Assembly (NCBI GenBank): GCA_965644265.1
Contig: OZ286477.1
Location: 39,246,001 to 39,310,000, forward strand
Origin: Glycera tridactyla
Taxonomy: Eukaryota
Direction of reading: 5' to 3'
Length of the DNA stretch: 64,000 bases
Part shown: positions 40,160-54,200 of the stretch, piece by piece
Layout: every line of letters begins with the position of its first letter
How positions within the stretch are numbered: the first letter of the stretch is position 1
Notes under the pieces: model-generated
What the model was told of the DNA's origin: nothing
The model's database searches: none
The model's input: only the letters and a program-made list of their open reading frames with translations
Program-made: the position numbers and the translations under genes

Positions 40160-40680
40160 AATCATCCATCATCATCGTCCTCCCTGGCATTGTCATCACT
40201 GACATCGTAAATGTCATCGTTATCATCATCATCACCATTGGCATCATCGTCATTACTATAGTCGTTGTCGTTCCAGACGTCGTCATCGTCGTCGTCATCG
40301 TCTTTAAAGTTGCCGTCATCGTTGGTCTTGCAATCGTCGTGTCAAATGTTGTCCATCCTCAACATCATCGCCGTTGTCCTCATCATCGTTGCAATCGTCA
40401 GCCTCAGTAACGTATCCGTCATAGTTGTCGGCGGTGTTTTCATCGTTATTTGCTATAGGTTGTCCTCCTTGACAGCACTGCTGTCATCACTGCTGTCGAT
40501 CACAAGTCGAAATCATCGTCATCCCTGCCGCTGTCAGTGCCGTCATCGTTGTCGTTATCAGTGTGATCAACTTCGCTGTACCTGTCGTCGCCTTTGCTGC
40601 CGCCATTTCCGTTGTCCCGACCTTGGACATCGTCAGTGACATCGTAGTCATCGTCATGGTCATTGTCAGTCATCATTGGC
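40160..40680. repeat. Degenerate (ATC/GTC)n trinucleotide tract in an intron
   Basis: Seen directly; it lies between the 41150 donor and the 40133 acceptor. Confidence 0.88.
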
Positions 40681-41149
40681 AATTTTATAATTAGTGCATA
40701 TTCAGCATGAGTTGGCAGCTGGAGGGCGTCTCATTATTTCAGCCAGTATCACATGACTAGTGCCACCCTATCACAGGTATGCATGCTGCTGTCAAGCAAC
40801 GTCGGCCATCGGAATTCGTTGATGAACATATCTTATGCCATGGATTTCAGATCCTCTGGTTCCCCGAAAGTAATTATTTGCTATAATATTGTGCACCTTT
40901 TTCATCTCAGTATTTCGAGTCAGTCTCCAGAGTCGGGAAAGACATAAGAGACATCATTTTGCCTACAACTCAATTTTTGTCACATTATCTCTTTATTGAT
41001 GAAACACTTCAAAATACTGCCTTACGGTGAATTTATAAGATAAGGTTGTTGACTGTGTCTTGGAAGCTTGGATCTTATCTTAAGATCATTATCATTTTGA
41101 ATATGTATCATTTATATAAGGTAGGAACCATCAAAAGAAGCCGACTTAC

Positions 41150-41248
41150 CCGACAAACATTCGCAAATACCACTGGCACCACAGTAGCTGTTGTTGACTC
41201 CAGACAGACACCAAGTATTGTTCGTACAGACAGTGACATCTACCCGAA
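41150..41248 (-). CDS. Small exon (99 nt, phase 1-1), first five Cys of an EB-like module
   Basis: Acceptor ttctgcatttcag|TT CGG GTA; encodes VRVDVTVCTNNTWCLSGVNNSYCGASGICECLS; donor TCG G|gtaagt. It joins in frame to GYKAEGDGTEC of the next exon. Confidence 0.88.
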
Positions 41249-42128
41249 CTGAAATGCAGAATAAAGACTTGGTTAGAATCGTGTCACAATTACCGGCCAT
41301 CATTGGGGCCAGCGAAGAGGTAGACATAATGGGAATAAAATGTGGATGAAATAGACCTGATCTGTGATCATACTTCGCTGAACACCTCCCTAGAAATGTC
41401 ATCCTTTTGAAAAGATTTGATCACTTTGCCAAGTAATCTAAATGCTGTTTCTATCTTTATGTCAGATCTTTCTACTCAGAAGTCAGGCCGATTGGCTAGC
41501 CATCAAAGGCTGTGGAATTAGCTTTCTTAAACTGTATGCCAGTTTGAGACATTCATACTCTGTTATTGATCATGGATATAGTTTTTTTCATTACAAAAGC
41601 ACTACAGTGGATGATTGATTCGTGTTCTCCGAATTTTGATTCTGGAGCTGCAAGGCAACGACCACTCCAGCTCTCGAGGAGAGAAATGGAGGCAACGAAA
41701 ATAATGAAAATGCATGAATCTGAAACTGTATGGGTATTTATCACTACTCGACTAATCAATTAAATTGATCACATATGATTTAGATAACATCATAACCAGA
41801 ACAGATCAATGTAATGGAGCGATCACATGACAAGGATATGAGAGTGGGAAAAATTGAACTTGACTAATCTATCAAATTGTGTTTTTATTATCTGGGTGTC
41901 AGAGTTTAGCATGGTCCAGTTAAACAGACATCGCTGCCACTTGCAACTATCCGTGACCCAATTCGAAGAAAAGTTTAAGATCATATTATGATAATGGACG
42001 AAGCTGGAATCATCAATCTATCTTCAGCGCGTATATCAGTGATGTTTTCTCCAAACCAGCAGCTATTGCCTGGATGATTGAGGCATTATAATAAATTCTG
42101 AGATTGATCGATTGATTGAATTGGGCTC

Positions 42129-42676
42129 AACGTCTCTTCCAACCAGACAGGATTTTTCGAGACTGAAGTTATGGGTTGGTTCCCGAACATATCATCACGA
42201 AAGAGATGGAACAAAATCTATTCTTTCATTTTTCTTCTTCAGAATTCCCTTGTTGAGAGAGATGAAACAAAAGAAAAATTGGCTGAAGAGAAGAGCACTT
42301 CTGTTGGGGAAATTCCCCATCTCTTTGCGAAATTCAATTTTGAATCGACATTGATACAATTATCCTGAGAAGGTCGGCCCTCAGCTTTATGATACCTTGT
42401 ATCAAATCCCAAGATGGAATGGCCAAATTTGTTCCTCAGGAAACTCGTAGATTGCACACTTCAAACGGGTCCATTGACACCAGCTGTTGTTGTATTCTTA
42501 GAAATTATCTCCTGGAGAATGGTGGGAGAATTGATGTGAGCATCAGGCATCATTAATGTGATCTCTGACCAAGATACGATATCGTTTCAAGATGCATTTT
42601 ATCCGGTATCTTGATATGAGTTCAAAACATCCACTGGTAGGTCTCAAAAAAGTCCTGTCTGGGATGAAGAGACGTT
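42129..42676. mobile_element. MITE-like element with about 35-bp imperfect terminal inverted repeats
   Basis: aacgtctcttccaaccagacaggatttttcgagac versus gtctcaaaaaagtcctgtctgggatgaagagacgtt; no TSD recognised. Confidence 0.6.
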
Positions 42677-44705
42677 TCACACGCCTCGATCAATTCTTGC
42701 AGCCTTCCAAAATGTAGCGTTCAGTGCATTGGTTTAACCTCAATCGAATATCACCCGAAGTTAGTAGCTTATCTAACTTGGTCTTGTACATTTTTATAAC
42801 ATTTTGAATATGTAATATTAGTTGCTACAAACTAGTGATGTTACTGGTATGGGGTAGTTACATAGGTTTATGGATGGCTGGTTCACTTCATACATCAGTG
42901 GAATATATCATCCCACAGAAAGCATCATAATGGAATACAATATTTCGATACTGGAGTGATTGATCGGAAGATTTGCCATCTTGATCACTTAGTTCAAAAT
43001 AAAATGTTGGAAGCTATTGTGACGAGCAATTAGCAATCTCTTCACATTCCATATGCCTTTAGGTGAAAACACAAAGAGACTTCATCTATCCAGAACCTAC
43101 TTTCAGGCATTGCAAATATTCACAACCCTGCGATCATTCAAATCATCTCTCTTAGAAGTTGCACAAAATATTGTACAAGGGCATGAGAGGGCATGGAAGT
43201 TATCAATGTGGTCTTCCACAGGTACTGCATAACTCATGAAACTGCATTCAGCCACTCTTTCTCCCTTCGATTAACTACAACGTTAGAAAACTATGTTTTA
43301 AATGGTGCATATATCAGGGGTTTTGCTCACGGAAATGCCCAATGGTGGACTTCACATTTCAGAAATATATGTGAATTTTTCAACCCAGTCTTTTGAGTGG
43401 CTGTTGGGAACTATGAACTCCATTATTACATTACTCACTACAATTAGGATGTTTTATTCAAATTTTCACACTCTATCCATCACCAATTAGACTTATGTAA
43501 GTTATGATGTGTACTAACAATGATTATCGACATATTTGAAATATGTACCTCATATATATGGCCATGACTATTGGAGACAGCAGACATTCAAAGCTTGGAC
43601 CATACAACACACACACAACACATATCATCTCATAGAACCAACATGCTATCAACATCTCATCAACTACAGAATGTCGTGGCGGAATAGAGATTCCTTCGCC
43701 AATACACACATTCACACATATTTCCTCAGAATCTCAGATTAGCATCATATATTAGACACAGCAGGAATATCAATGACTCGGATGATATTCTCATGATTGC
43801 AGAAAATGCAAAAACCTATTACAGGATCATGGGTCAATGAATGTTACAATAGTTGTTAGTTACAAGAAATGGGAGGGTAGGGGAGGATGTATGATATTTG
43901 GGACAACACGACAAACAACAATGAAAACAACAATATCACACCTGCAAGCAGAAAATGGATATTATCGAAGCAACATACCATGAACTATACAAACTAGATA
44001 TCATCTCTCACACTCTGTTTGTGAATACTTTGTTAGCCTGTGACCTGTCAAAATAATGATATTCGATCAATACAAACCAAAGTATATCAGGTTAATATAG
44101 ATTTATACAGCTCAAGATAAAATGGATAATATAACAGTGAATGTTTCATGATGTACATAATCATGCTTAAATCGAATACAGGACATAAATAGAGCAGGTT
44201 TCAAAAGAAATATGACAAAGTATTTTTTTCACAGGAAAGCATCACAAACGAAGAGAGTACAATCTTCTGATACAAATATTATTGAACTTCATGGCTAAAA
44301 TCCATGATGAGTGAATGTATACAAGGTCAAGAATTAATACCAATGAGAATGAAAACAGTTCATCCAGAGATACTCACCCAATGATCAACGTGAAAGGTGC
44401 TCCTGTGCTTCTTTCGCCAGTAGTAAGAAATGTGAAATCACGGCTTGTGGCGACGTGCATACGAGCTTCGAGAAATAGCGCTTACAATACGAGTCGATCG
44501 CGTAACAGGTATCAGTTTTTCACGCGCATTTGTGTCTCGCGAGTTTCCAACAACGCTTACAATATTCCTAAATCGTGTCTATTCTGAATAATGCTCAGGG
44601 TTCATTTTTATATCATAGGATTACTTTTCTACGGTTATGCATGATTTTACACAGCTTCCCAATCAATATGAGTGCATGAAATGTATCAGAATTGATAATA
44701 CTAAC

Positions 44706-45728
44706 CTGTTTCACAAGCACTCTTGTTGGCCGCTATTTGGTACCCGCTGACGCAGGTACAGGTGTCGTTGAAGCAGATGCTGTTCGCGAATGCAATGGCG
44801 CATTCATATGTGGAGATGCATGCATCCTCTCCCAATACCCGTAACCGACAGTCTCCATTCTCCTCCACATGTGTGGGTATACACGAACATGTACTGTTAG
44901 TAGAACATGTTCCCGTTATAAAGGAACAGTTAGTACAAATACTTCCGATTATATTCACTGTACAGTCCGAATTCGATGCACAGGAATCACCTAACTCCCT
45001 CTCGACGCACTCTCCCACACCCGTTTGTTTATAACCGGATGCACATTGGCAAGTATCATTCAGACAAGTACTATTTCCGATTGCTGTATTGCAGTCACTT
45101 TGAGTGTTGCAAATATCGCCTATTTCACGTAAGTTACACACTGAACCCGCAGTGTTATTGATGTATCCCATTAAACAGTCGCATACACCATTAGAACAAT
45201 GACTATTATTAATAGCGGCGCTGCAATCATTATCAATATGGCAATTACTATCACCTATCTGTCGTAATGTACATGTTGAATTATCATTTGTGACGTAAAA
45301 CCCGTCGTCACAGGAACAGGTCCCGTTGACACATAGAGAACTTGATACCGCATCGGCGCACTCAGAACTACTATAACAAGTGTCACCTATCGTTAATAGC
45401 ACGCACTGCGAGCCGTCCGTGTCTGTTTGGTACCCGGATTGACATTGGCATATGTTGTCAACGCATTCGCTATTTGGAATGGCATCGGCGCAGTCGGTGG
45501 TGAGCGCGCATGTCGAATTATCCCCGATAAAGCGGAGGGTGCACGACGAATTGCCATCGTTGGCATAGAAGCCACTATTGCAGTAGCATGCGCCCGAAAT
45601 ACAGGAACTGTTGGCAATTGCCGATGTACAGTCAATCTCCGTGGAACAATTCCCGATTCCGATCTGACGTAATAAGCATACGTCACCCTCGGACGTTGCC
45701 TGGTAACCAAGGACGCAAACACACGTGC
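44706..45728 (-). CDS. Exon (1,023 nt, phase 1-1), about 7-8 EB-like modules
   Basis: The frame of ORF 44701..45402 stays open upstream to acceptor ttttcttgtttcag|GC ACG TGT (GTCVCVLGYQ...), which completes the half module ending the previous exon. Donor GAA ACA G|gttagt at 44706. Confidence 0.92.
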
Positions 45729-46240
45729 CTGAAACAAGAAAACAAACTAGCGCATCATTTGTTGTTCATCACGAAAAAATAGCATTACTTAACTTAATAC
45801 ATATATCTAATGGAATATGAATACAATTGCTGTGTCTACCACGGGGAAGGACATAACCGCCGGACAATAGACAAAACTATTCGTGAGCCAATGAAAGATC
45901 AACCCTATCTGAATTATTTCGAAATTGACAAATTTGCTGTGGATGACTCCATAAAAAAATTGGCAATAATGTATTTCAAGATAAACCTGATAACTCTGCA
46001 GGCCATATACGCTATATTAGCTTGAAATAGTTTCATTGAATCCGGAACGATAGGTATGAAAATAATATTCATGGGTCTCACACATAGTTGTGGCACAACT
46101 GGCCACTTCAAATGCTGGACCACAATCGTCTTAGGCGATGTCAGGCTGCTGACTTGGGTAACATCTCATGTCGTTAATGCAAATCATGTCGATTTCAGAA
46201 TTGTATCCAACACCTGCCATGATATTGAAGCTTGAAGAAC

Positions 46241-46833
46241 ACACTTACCACTGACCCCCAATGAATGGATGTATTGATGGATGAAAGAACATGGCCTCTT
46301 ATATGAGACATGTTTTGATGCCATCACTATCACTATGGTTGCCATGGTAACCATGGCAACCACAAATTACAATCAATTATTCCATATATGTCACTAGCGC
46401 CATGTCTTGTGAAGATTTACACAAATAATTCGCCCTTGATTTCGTGGAATGTCTTAACAGAGATCCTATGAAACATGTAACTTTTTGAATTCCTTCATGT
46501 ACTTGATGATATTGCACATCATATCCTCAAAAATATGCAATTTTTCAAAATTTGGTGACCTAAAATTCCAATCTAGCAAAAAATAATCAACAATTCAAGA
46601 AGTTACACCATTAACTTTTCATGAGAAATGCTCTTTAATGAAAAGGAATGATCATCATGAGTGCAGGTACATAGGAGACATGGCGCCAGCTCAAAATGTG
46701 TGATTCTAAATTAAATATCAGGTAACCTAGTTACCATGGCAACCGTTGCCATGGTGTCAGATACTGTATATGCTGAACGTCAAAGCCTTTCATTGTGTTA
46801 ATATAATGATACCATTCATTGGTTGGTAAGTAT
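46241..46833. mobile_element. MITE-like element carrying GTTGCCATGG(T/C)AAC palindromes
   Basis: Ends acacttaccactgacccccaatgaatgg / ccattcattggttggtaagtat are inverted; internal palindromes at 46337-46361 and about 46730-46754. Confidence 0.55.
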
Positions 46834-47096
46834 TGACAGTCTTTTCAAATACTGAATATTTGTCAAGTTGGATTTTCAGCCGCGGTATCACTGCAATTGC
46901 ATTTATGACATGAGATGATCTAGACGATGATTTTATTGTCACAGACTTCATTTGGTACTCTAGTGTGTACGGTGTAATTCGAACACATGATCGAACATTG
47001 TGTCTGATGCTAATTTACACCTTTGACACCTTCGACTTGTTGACTATGCTCGATCTTCACAAGCTCCGTTTCATGTCCAGTATATACTGCAGGTGT

Positions 47097-47272
47097 ATGC
47101 TGCTGCGAGCATATATAAGTTCCTGATAAAGTGAGTCAAGTGGTAGGACTCTATTTTTTGTCAACCTAGAGAAGCCCAGTAGATTATGTTGCTGCAAGCA
47201 TATATAAGTTCCTGATAAAGTGAGTCAGGTGGTAGGACTCTATTTTTCGTCAACCAGGAGAAGTCCACTAGA
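47097..47272. repeat. Tandem duplication of about 90 bp
   Basis: gcatatataagttcctgataaagtgagtca.gtggtaggactctatttt occurs twice. Confidence 0.85.
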
Positions 47273-50200
47273 TTGGGGTAGTGTACTGTTATACTGATGT
47301 TGCACAGAATGACGGAACAAAATAAAGAAATGACCTATACTACTATTTGTCTGTTCATTCTTCAGCTGTCCAGGTCCCTGATATATTTACAGAATGGGGT
47401 AAACACCGGTACACCATATAATACATGGTGCATTTCACAGTTTGTTTGTCAATGCAAACTATGAATTATCTGAGTGTACGAGGTTAGCATTGGCTCTACC
47501 CATCACCTATACATCTCTACCTGTGCATTATAATTTGCAGACATGAAATGGTACTTATGTTTGTGATATCAGATGTTGAGTGTTATTTGTGCAGTGAAGT
47601 GATCTTTTCAAATTGGAAGGTGGGTTATCCAATCGTACAGAGGGTGATGACTCTTCAATGTCGATGTATATAGTCCGATATGCACTCCAATCAATTATGA
47701 AATTAACTGTTGAAAGATGAACTTCTATTTATTGCGTACGTTGTGACATTATCAACAGAAATATCACAGTTTCATGGGATAATTACGACTCCTCCTGACA
47801 TCTCAAAAAGTAACGGAAATCATAGTTCTCAGCTGCTGAAATTGTAGGAAATTCTTGAATGGTATGGTTGGAAGGATTCTGTAGAACCAGAACCCTTCAC
47901 GTTTATCTCCCGAAACTCAAATACCACCAATGTGTTTTCTATCTCACTTCAATATATTGTTTTTACTTTTGAATCAGCTGGAAGTACCACTGCTGTCTAT
48001 CGACAAAGAATGAGTATACCCATGCACTGCAAACAATAAATGTGTCTCAAGGTGACAACAAAACATGAAAAGAAAACAAATACAATGAATCAGGAGTATG
48101 AATTAAACCAAAACCCGAACCATGTGCTCGTTCAATAACACATGCAACTGAAACCATAACCAACTTAACTCAAACTGGAAGTGTGTGAATGAGTAGAAAA
48201 TAAACGGTGCATGGGAGTCGTTCGTAGCAGCTGATGAGCAAACAGTGAGCACGCAGTGAAAGACAATGAGTGATAGTTAGTGGAATCTGATGTCACTCCA
48301 AGATGTACCGTCAGCTGCTGTACCAGGTGTGATGACCAAATGCAGTGATGGAGTCAGTTGAGGTGGCTTCCTGTACACGTGAGCACGTGAATGTGGTGAA
48401 ATCGCACGCAGGTGGGGGCTACCCACCTCAGGTGATGGAAATATAACATATACTCTCTTGTATCCCTCATGTTTCCACATTCAAGTGGTATGTTATGAAA
48501 AATATAACATATGCTGTCTTGTATCCCTCATGTTTCCACATGCAAGAGCGGTATATTATCCCATCAGTGTATCTCATGTATATCCATAGTATAGAGTATA
48601 TGAATAGTGTATGTATATCCAAGTGGTATTATATGTGTAATTCCTGGCAACCATCTGGCTGGTGTTTGATGGGAATCGATACAGGTTTGTATTGATTCCA
48701 AACACATGAATGTGTATGTGAAATCTTCACATTAACTCAATGGAATTGGAACTTCCACACGTGCCAATTTGCTGTGCATAGCTGTATCGATGAGATGTAT
48801 ATGGGTATTGAGTTATTCAGTGTGGAAGCTTCAGGGATGATAATGCCATTCTGCTAAATCATCTGAGGTGAGGCAACGTACAATTTTGATTATATTTTCA
48901 TTTCTCATGTCTATTCATTTCCCATCAATATCCGGGCTACATGCCTGGACAATTTTGCTGCTCATGAAGTCATGTTGAATTGTCAGAGCGATATGCTCGT
49001 TTAACAATCTCTTACAGAAATATTATCAGCGCTGCTCCAATCACCAACTTCCATATGTTTACATTATCTTCTAGTTTTCACAGGAAATATCAGTTTAGCA
49101 AATCAGTCAATTGATTCATATACTCTAACCCTTATGAACAAGATTCTATATCAATGCCATGAGATGAACAAAAGTTCAAGTTTTTTTATTCACAAGGATA
49201 GAAATCCTCTCCTCTTCTGAAAGTGTGACTTCATGTTTCTCTGTGACGGAGATATAGATTCAGATATGAACGAGGTACATCATCCCGGGGACTTCCACTT
49301 TCATTGTTTGGCCTTGCAGATTAGTCCTGGTGAATAACATAGTTGGTATCTCAAAATCCGGTATGGCATATAGATTGTTCGATCGTGGAAATACACATTG
49401 TGCATATCGTCATATACCACAGGAGCTGCAATTTGCAGCACTTGTACCTGGTTCAAATCCAATGATGCATGTTCCTACACGATTCGTGTTGATTCATAAT
49501 ATCACTTTGCACTACCATGCCTCCATTCCTTGAAGTATCCCATGGTGTTATGAAATTCCACACTCGTTCTAATGTTATTAACTGCATCCTGACAGCTTAC
49601 ATCGACAAATGTCTTTTGTTTTTTTTTGTTCCAGGAAAGCATTGTTGACATCTCCATTTTGGGGTATAGAGAAGAATAGCCTTGCGCCCACATTCCTCAT
49701 GTATTTTCTGCCTGCTTGCTAGCATAGGCTGGGGATTCATTTTACATATGGTCACCGCTGAGGCAGGCATACATGTCACTATCAACTGTACAGTAACTGT
49801 TTCTGCAGACATCTGCTCGATCTCTGTTTGCTTGCTGCTCCATCTTGCAGCCAGTTTCTGCAGTAAGCATGGTGCATTGTCAAATAAGGAATTCAGTATT
49901 GCAACTCCCAATGAGGAATGCACTGAGTTGTGTAGACATGTCCCACACATATTGATGCCTTATTTATGACCGCATCCTCACAGTATGAAGGCACAAGTCA
50001 TTGTGGGGTTTTTCCCATGACCAAAATCTGGTGCCGTGAGTTCCGGGGAGGGCTCCATCACTTATATTTCAAAATATGCACCCAATTAGCTGTACACATT
50101 TTGTGCGGATGATATGGGTCTTGGTGGTATTGATTTTCCTGTTGTGAGAGTACCCATAGCCGGAGGGTCACATCATGGACTAGAACCTCCGTGCCATTAC

Positions 50201-51221
50201 AATAATGTCCGACTCTGTGTAGTAATGATTGATTGATCGATTGATCGATTGATTGACTGTTCCGATTGATCACTGTCCAGTACCACTGGCAGAGCCTTCC
50301 CAGTGATGTCGTTAGCTATTCCTGGGTGACAGGTCTATTCTAGGCAAGGCACATCCCCCTGCCTTCAATTGAGATCACCCCCCTCTCTTGCGCTTGCATA
50401 CGCATGTATTATTATGAGATAGGGTGTCAGTGCGGATGATTTGTGGTCACTTATTATAGCGCCATGGCTATCTTAGGACCATTGTTCGCAGGGGACACCA
50501 CTCGAGCGATCTGTGTATATATGTACTTGTATGATTCAGCATATGGTCATACTCTCTGCACCAGTTTGATACCCTCATCAATCATGTCACAGTCAATGGG
50601 TGTACAGTCACAGGTCAGTTCAGATATTAGATTACCTATATTTATAATGGTATACATGATGTTAAACGTTTTTTCCATCACCACATGTGCACGTGTTAGT
50701 GGTGCAGTTGTTAGTATTTGCTGTTTGGTTATCTACATCTCTTATGTAGTGTGATTACTATCTCACATAGATGGAGTTGGCTGTGGTGAAGCTAATATCA
50801 ATCTATACATCCACAATTCCCATTCACGCCAGAATATTGATTGGTGCTTGCTACACCATAACAGCCTAAGTTACTTGACTATCCATTGTCAGATTGGTTA
50901 CTCGGCCATGTGTGAACACCAGGCCAGCTTCCAGAGTGTTATGTGACGCCATGCAGTGGGCATGGGAGGAGATCACTTAACTTGACACTCCTCGTTCTTC
51001 ACCCTGGGTTGTAAGTAGAACCCACTTTTGGTTGTGAGTTTAACCCACTTCTGATCTTTCATATGAAATGTGGAGTGTTAGAAGTACATTGGGATAGATA
51101 CAAGTGTCGATGATCCATATTGTGTTACAGGATGAGATGCTTAGCCATAGCCTTTTCACTACCACCGTTAATAGTGCATGGATGATATGACCTATTCGTC
51201 ATTATATAGAAATGCTTTCAC

Positions 51222-54200
51222 CTGCATCCACTCGATATCCACTTGAGAAGCATTCACTGCCATCAATTGCTGAGTTGCAGTCACTGTCCACCATGCAGCC
51301 ATCTCCAATCTGCCGTAAACTGCAGGTCGTGTTGCCATCAGTAGCATAAAATCCATCATCACACTGACATGTATCATTGTTGCAGGAACTATTCACAACA
51401 GCGTCATGACAATCTTCATCTGTGGTACATGTTGGATCTCCTATATGACGTAAATCACAGGAACTGTTGTCATGGCTCACTTGATATCCACTGATGCATG
51501 CACATGTACCACCAAGGCAAATACTGTTGGTTACAGCATCATAGCAATCTGTATCACTCATACAGTTGGGGTCACCTATCATTCTGAGGGTGCAAATCGT
51601 ATTGCCCTGTTTAGCATAGAATCCAGAGTCGCAGGTACAAGTGTTATTGACACAAGAACTGTTAGCAACAGCACTAAAGCAGTCGATATCTGTCAAGCAT
51701 GTTGCACTGACTATCATTCTGGGACTGCAGCTAACGTAATCATCTGAAGCCTGGTATGTTATGGTGCACTGGCAAAACCCATCATCTGAGCACTCACTAT
51801 TGGGTATGGCTGAGTTGCAGTCCATATTTATCAAACATTGGTCTCCAATCATCCTCAATGTACATGTCATATTATCATCAGTGGCATGAAATCCCACATC
51901 ACATCCACATGTCCCATTATAGCAGGAACTATTGGAAACTGCATCAAAACAGTCCTGGTCATTCAAACAGGTTTCATCTCCAATTTTCCTCAAGATGCAA
52001 CTAGAGTTGTCATCTGATTCTTTGAATCCGGACAAGCAAGTACATTCTCCATCCTGACATTGTGACTGGGCAACTGCTTGAGAACACTCGTTGTCAGTAT
52101 CACAACTGTTTCCTATCTGTCTCATGATACACGTTGTGTTGTCCTCGGTGGGATAAAACCCAGCATCACACAGACATGTGTTATTCACGCATGAGCTGTT
52201 CATCACAGCTTTAGAACAGTCAGTCCAATTATGACATGTTTGATCACCAATTTTACGAAGATTGCATTCAGTATTGTCATCATTGACATGGTAACCAGTC
52301 ATGCATTCACATATGCCAAATTGGTTGCATTCACTGTAAGTGACTGCAGAACTACAATCAGCATTGTTAACACAACCAGAAACACCGATGGTGTACTTGG
52401 CACATGTAGTATTAGCCTCGGCTGCATAGAATCCGGAGTTGCACAGGCATGTGCCATTGTTGCAGGAGGAATTTGAAATGGCATCAAAGCAATCCATGTC
52501 TGTATTGCAGGTGTCATCCCCAATCTGCCGCAGAATGCAAGTCATGTTGATCCAATTGACATTGAAGCCAGATTTGCAAAGGCAAATTCCTTCCCCTGAG
52601 CAGATGGTATGATTGATTGCAGCATGACAATCAATATCCTCCAGACAATTCGAGTCTCCGATTACTCTCATTGTACATGTTGTACTATTTCCATCAGAGG
52701 GATAAAACCCATCCATGCAAGAGCAAGTCCCATTCACACAGAAGCTATCCAGAACAGCATCTGCACATTCAGCATCAATGCTGCATAAGTCGCCAAGTTT
52801 CCGCAATTCACAAGATGTCAAATTATTGCTGACTTGGTAACCTGATTGACAAACACACTCACCTAATATACACTTGGAGTTGGCTACGGCTTCGTTACAA
52901 TCGGCATCTGTGGCACAGTTACTATCGGAAATTTTGCGCAATGTGCAGGTCGTATTAGATGAGGTTGCATAGAATCCTAAGTCGCACTCACATGTACCAT
53001 TCACACAGGAACTGTTCCTCACTGCATCAGAACAATCCTGATTCACAGAACAAGTAGTGTCACCTATCTCTCTGAGAATACAATCATCTGCATTGTCATT
53101 GACTTGATAACCACTGTTGCAGACACACATGCCTGCAGTGGAGCATTCACTATTAGGAACTGCAGAATTACAGTTGGGATCACTTTCACAGTTATTATCT
53201 CCGATTTTGTACAATGTACATGATGTGTTAGCATCACTGGCATAGAAGCCACTGTCACAGAGACAGGTTTGGTTGACACATGAGCTATTGAGGACAGCAT
53301 CCATACAATCTGAATTAATAATGCAGCTATCATCACCAATTTTACGTAGTATGCAGGTAGTGTTGTTCTGATCGACTTGATGGCCGCTCATGCAGATACA
53401 CTCGAAGTCAGTGCATTGACTATTCGAAACAGCATCATCGCAGTCAGAGTCAGTCACACAATTATTGTCACCAATCTTTCGCAGTGTACATGTTGTGTTT
53501 TCATCAGTAACATAGAATCCACTATCACAGGCACATGTACCATTAACACATGAGCTATTACTCACTGCATCTGAGCAATCAGTAATGTATTCACATGTTT
53601 GATCACCGATGAGTCTCAGGGTGCACGTTGTATTGTCTTCATTCACTTGGTATCCACTCAGACAGGTACAAATCCCAGATTGTGAGCATGCACTCTCAGC
53701 TACTGCTGATACACAATCTTCATCCATCATACAGGTATCTCCAATCATCCGAACAATGCATGTGGTGTTATCGTCACTGCTATAGAATCCATCATCGCAT
53801 ACACATGTATTGTTGATACATGAACTGTTACTAACTGCACTTGAACAGTCAGTGTTGCTGATGCATGTTGAATCACCTATCTGTCTCAGTGTACATGTCG
53901 TGTTTGAGCTACCGACCAAAAAGCCACTCTGACAGGCACATACACCTGGAGACTGACATTCACTGAAACTGACAGCACTACTACAATCTGAATCAATCTC
54001 ACAGTTAGTATCACCAATCTTGTGTGAAGTACACACTGTATTGTTATTGGTACTATAAAATCCACTGTCACACAAACATGTGTTGTTAGTACATGAGCTG
54101 TTAAGCACTGCATCAGCACAGTCTGTGTCCATAGAACATGTATTATCCCCAATCTTCCGTGAAATGCATGTGGTATTGTCATCACTGACTTGATATCCAC

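Noticed and set aside
40050-40682. Thr/Met-, Ser- and Asp-rich ORFs
   Set aside because: Products of an intronic (ATC/GTC)n tract.
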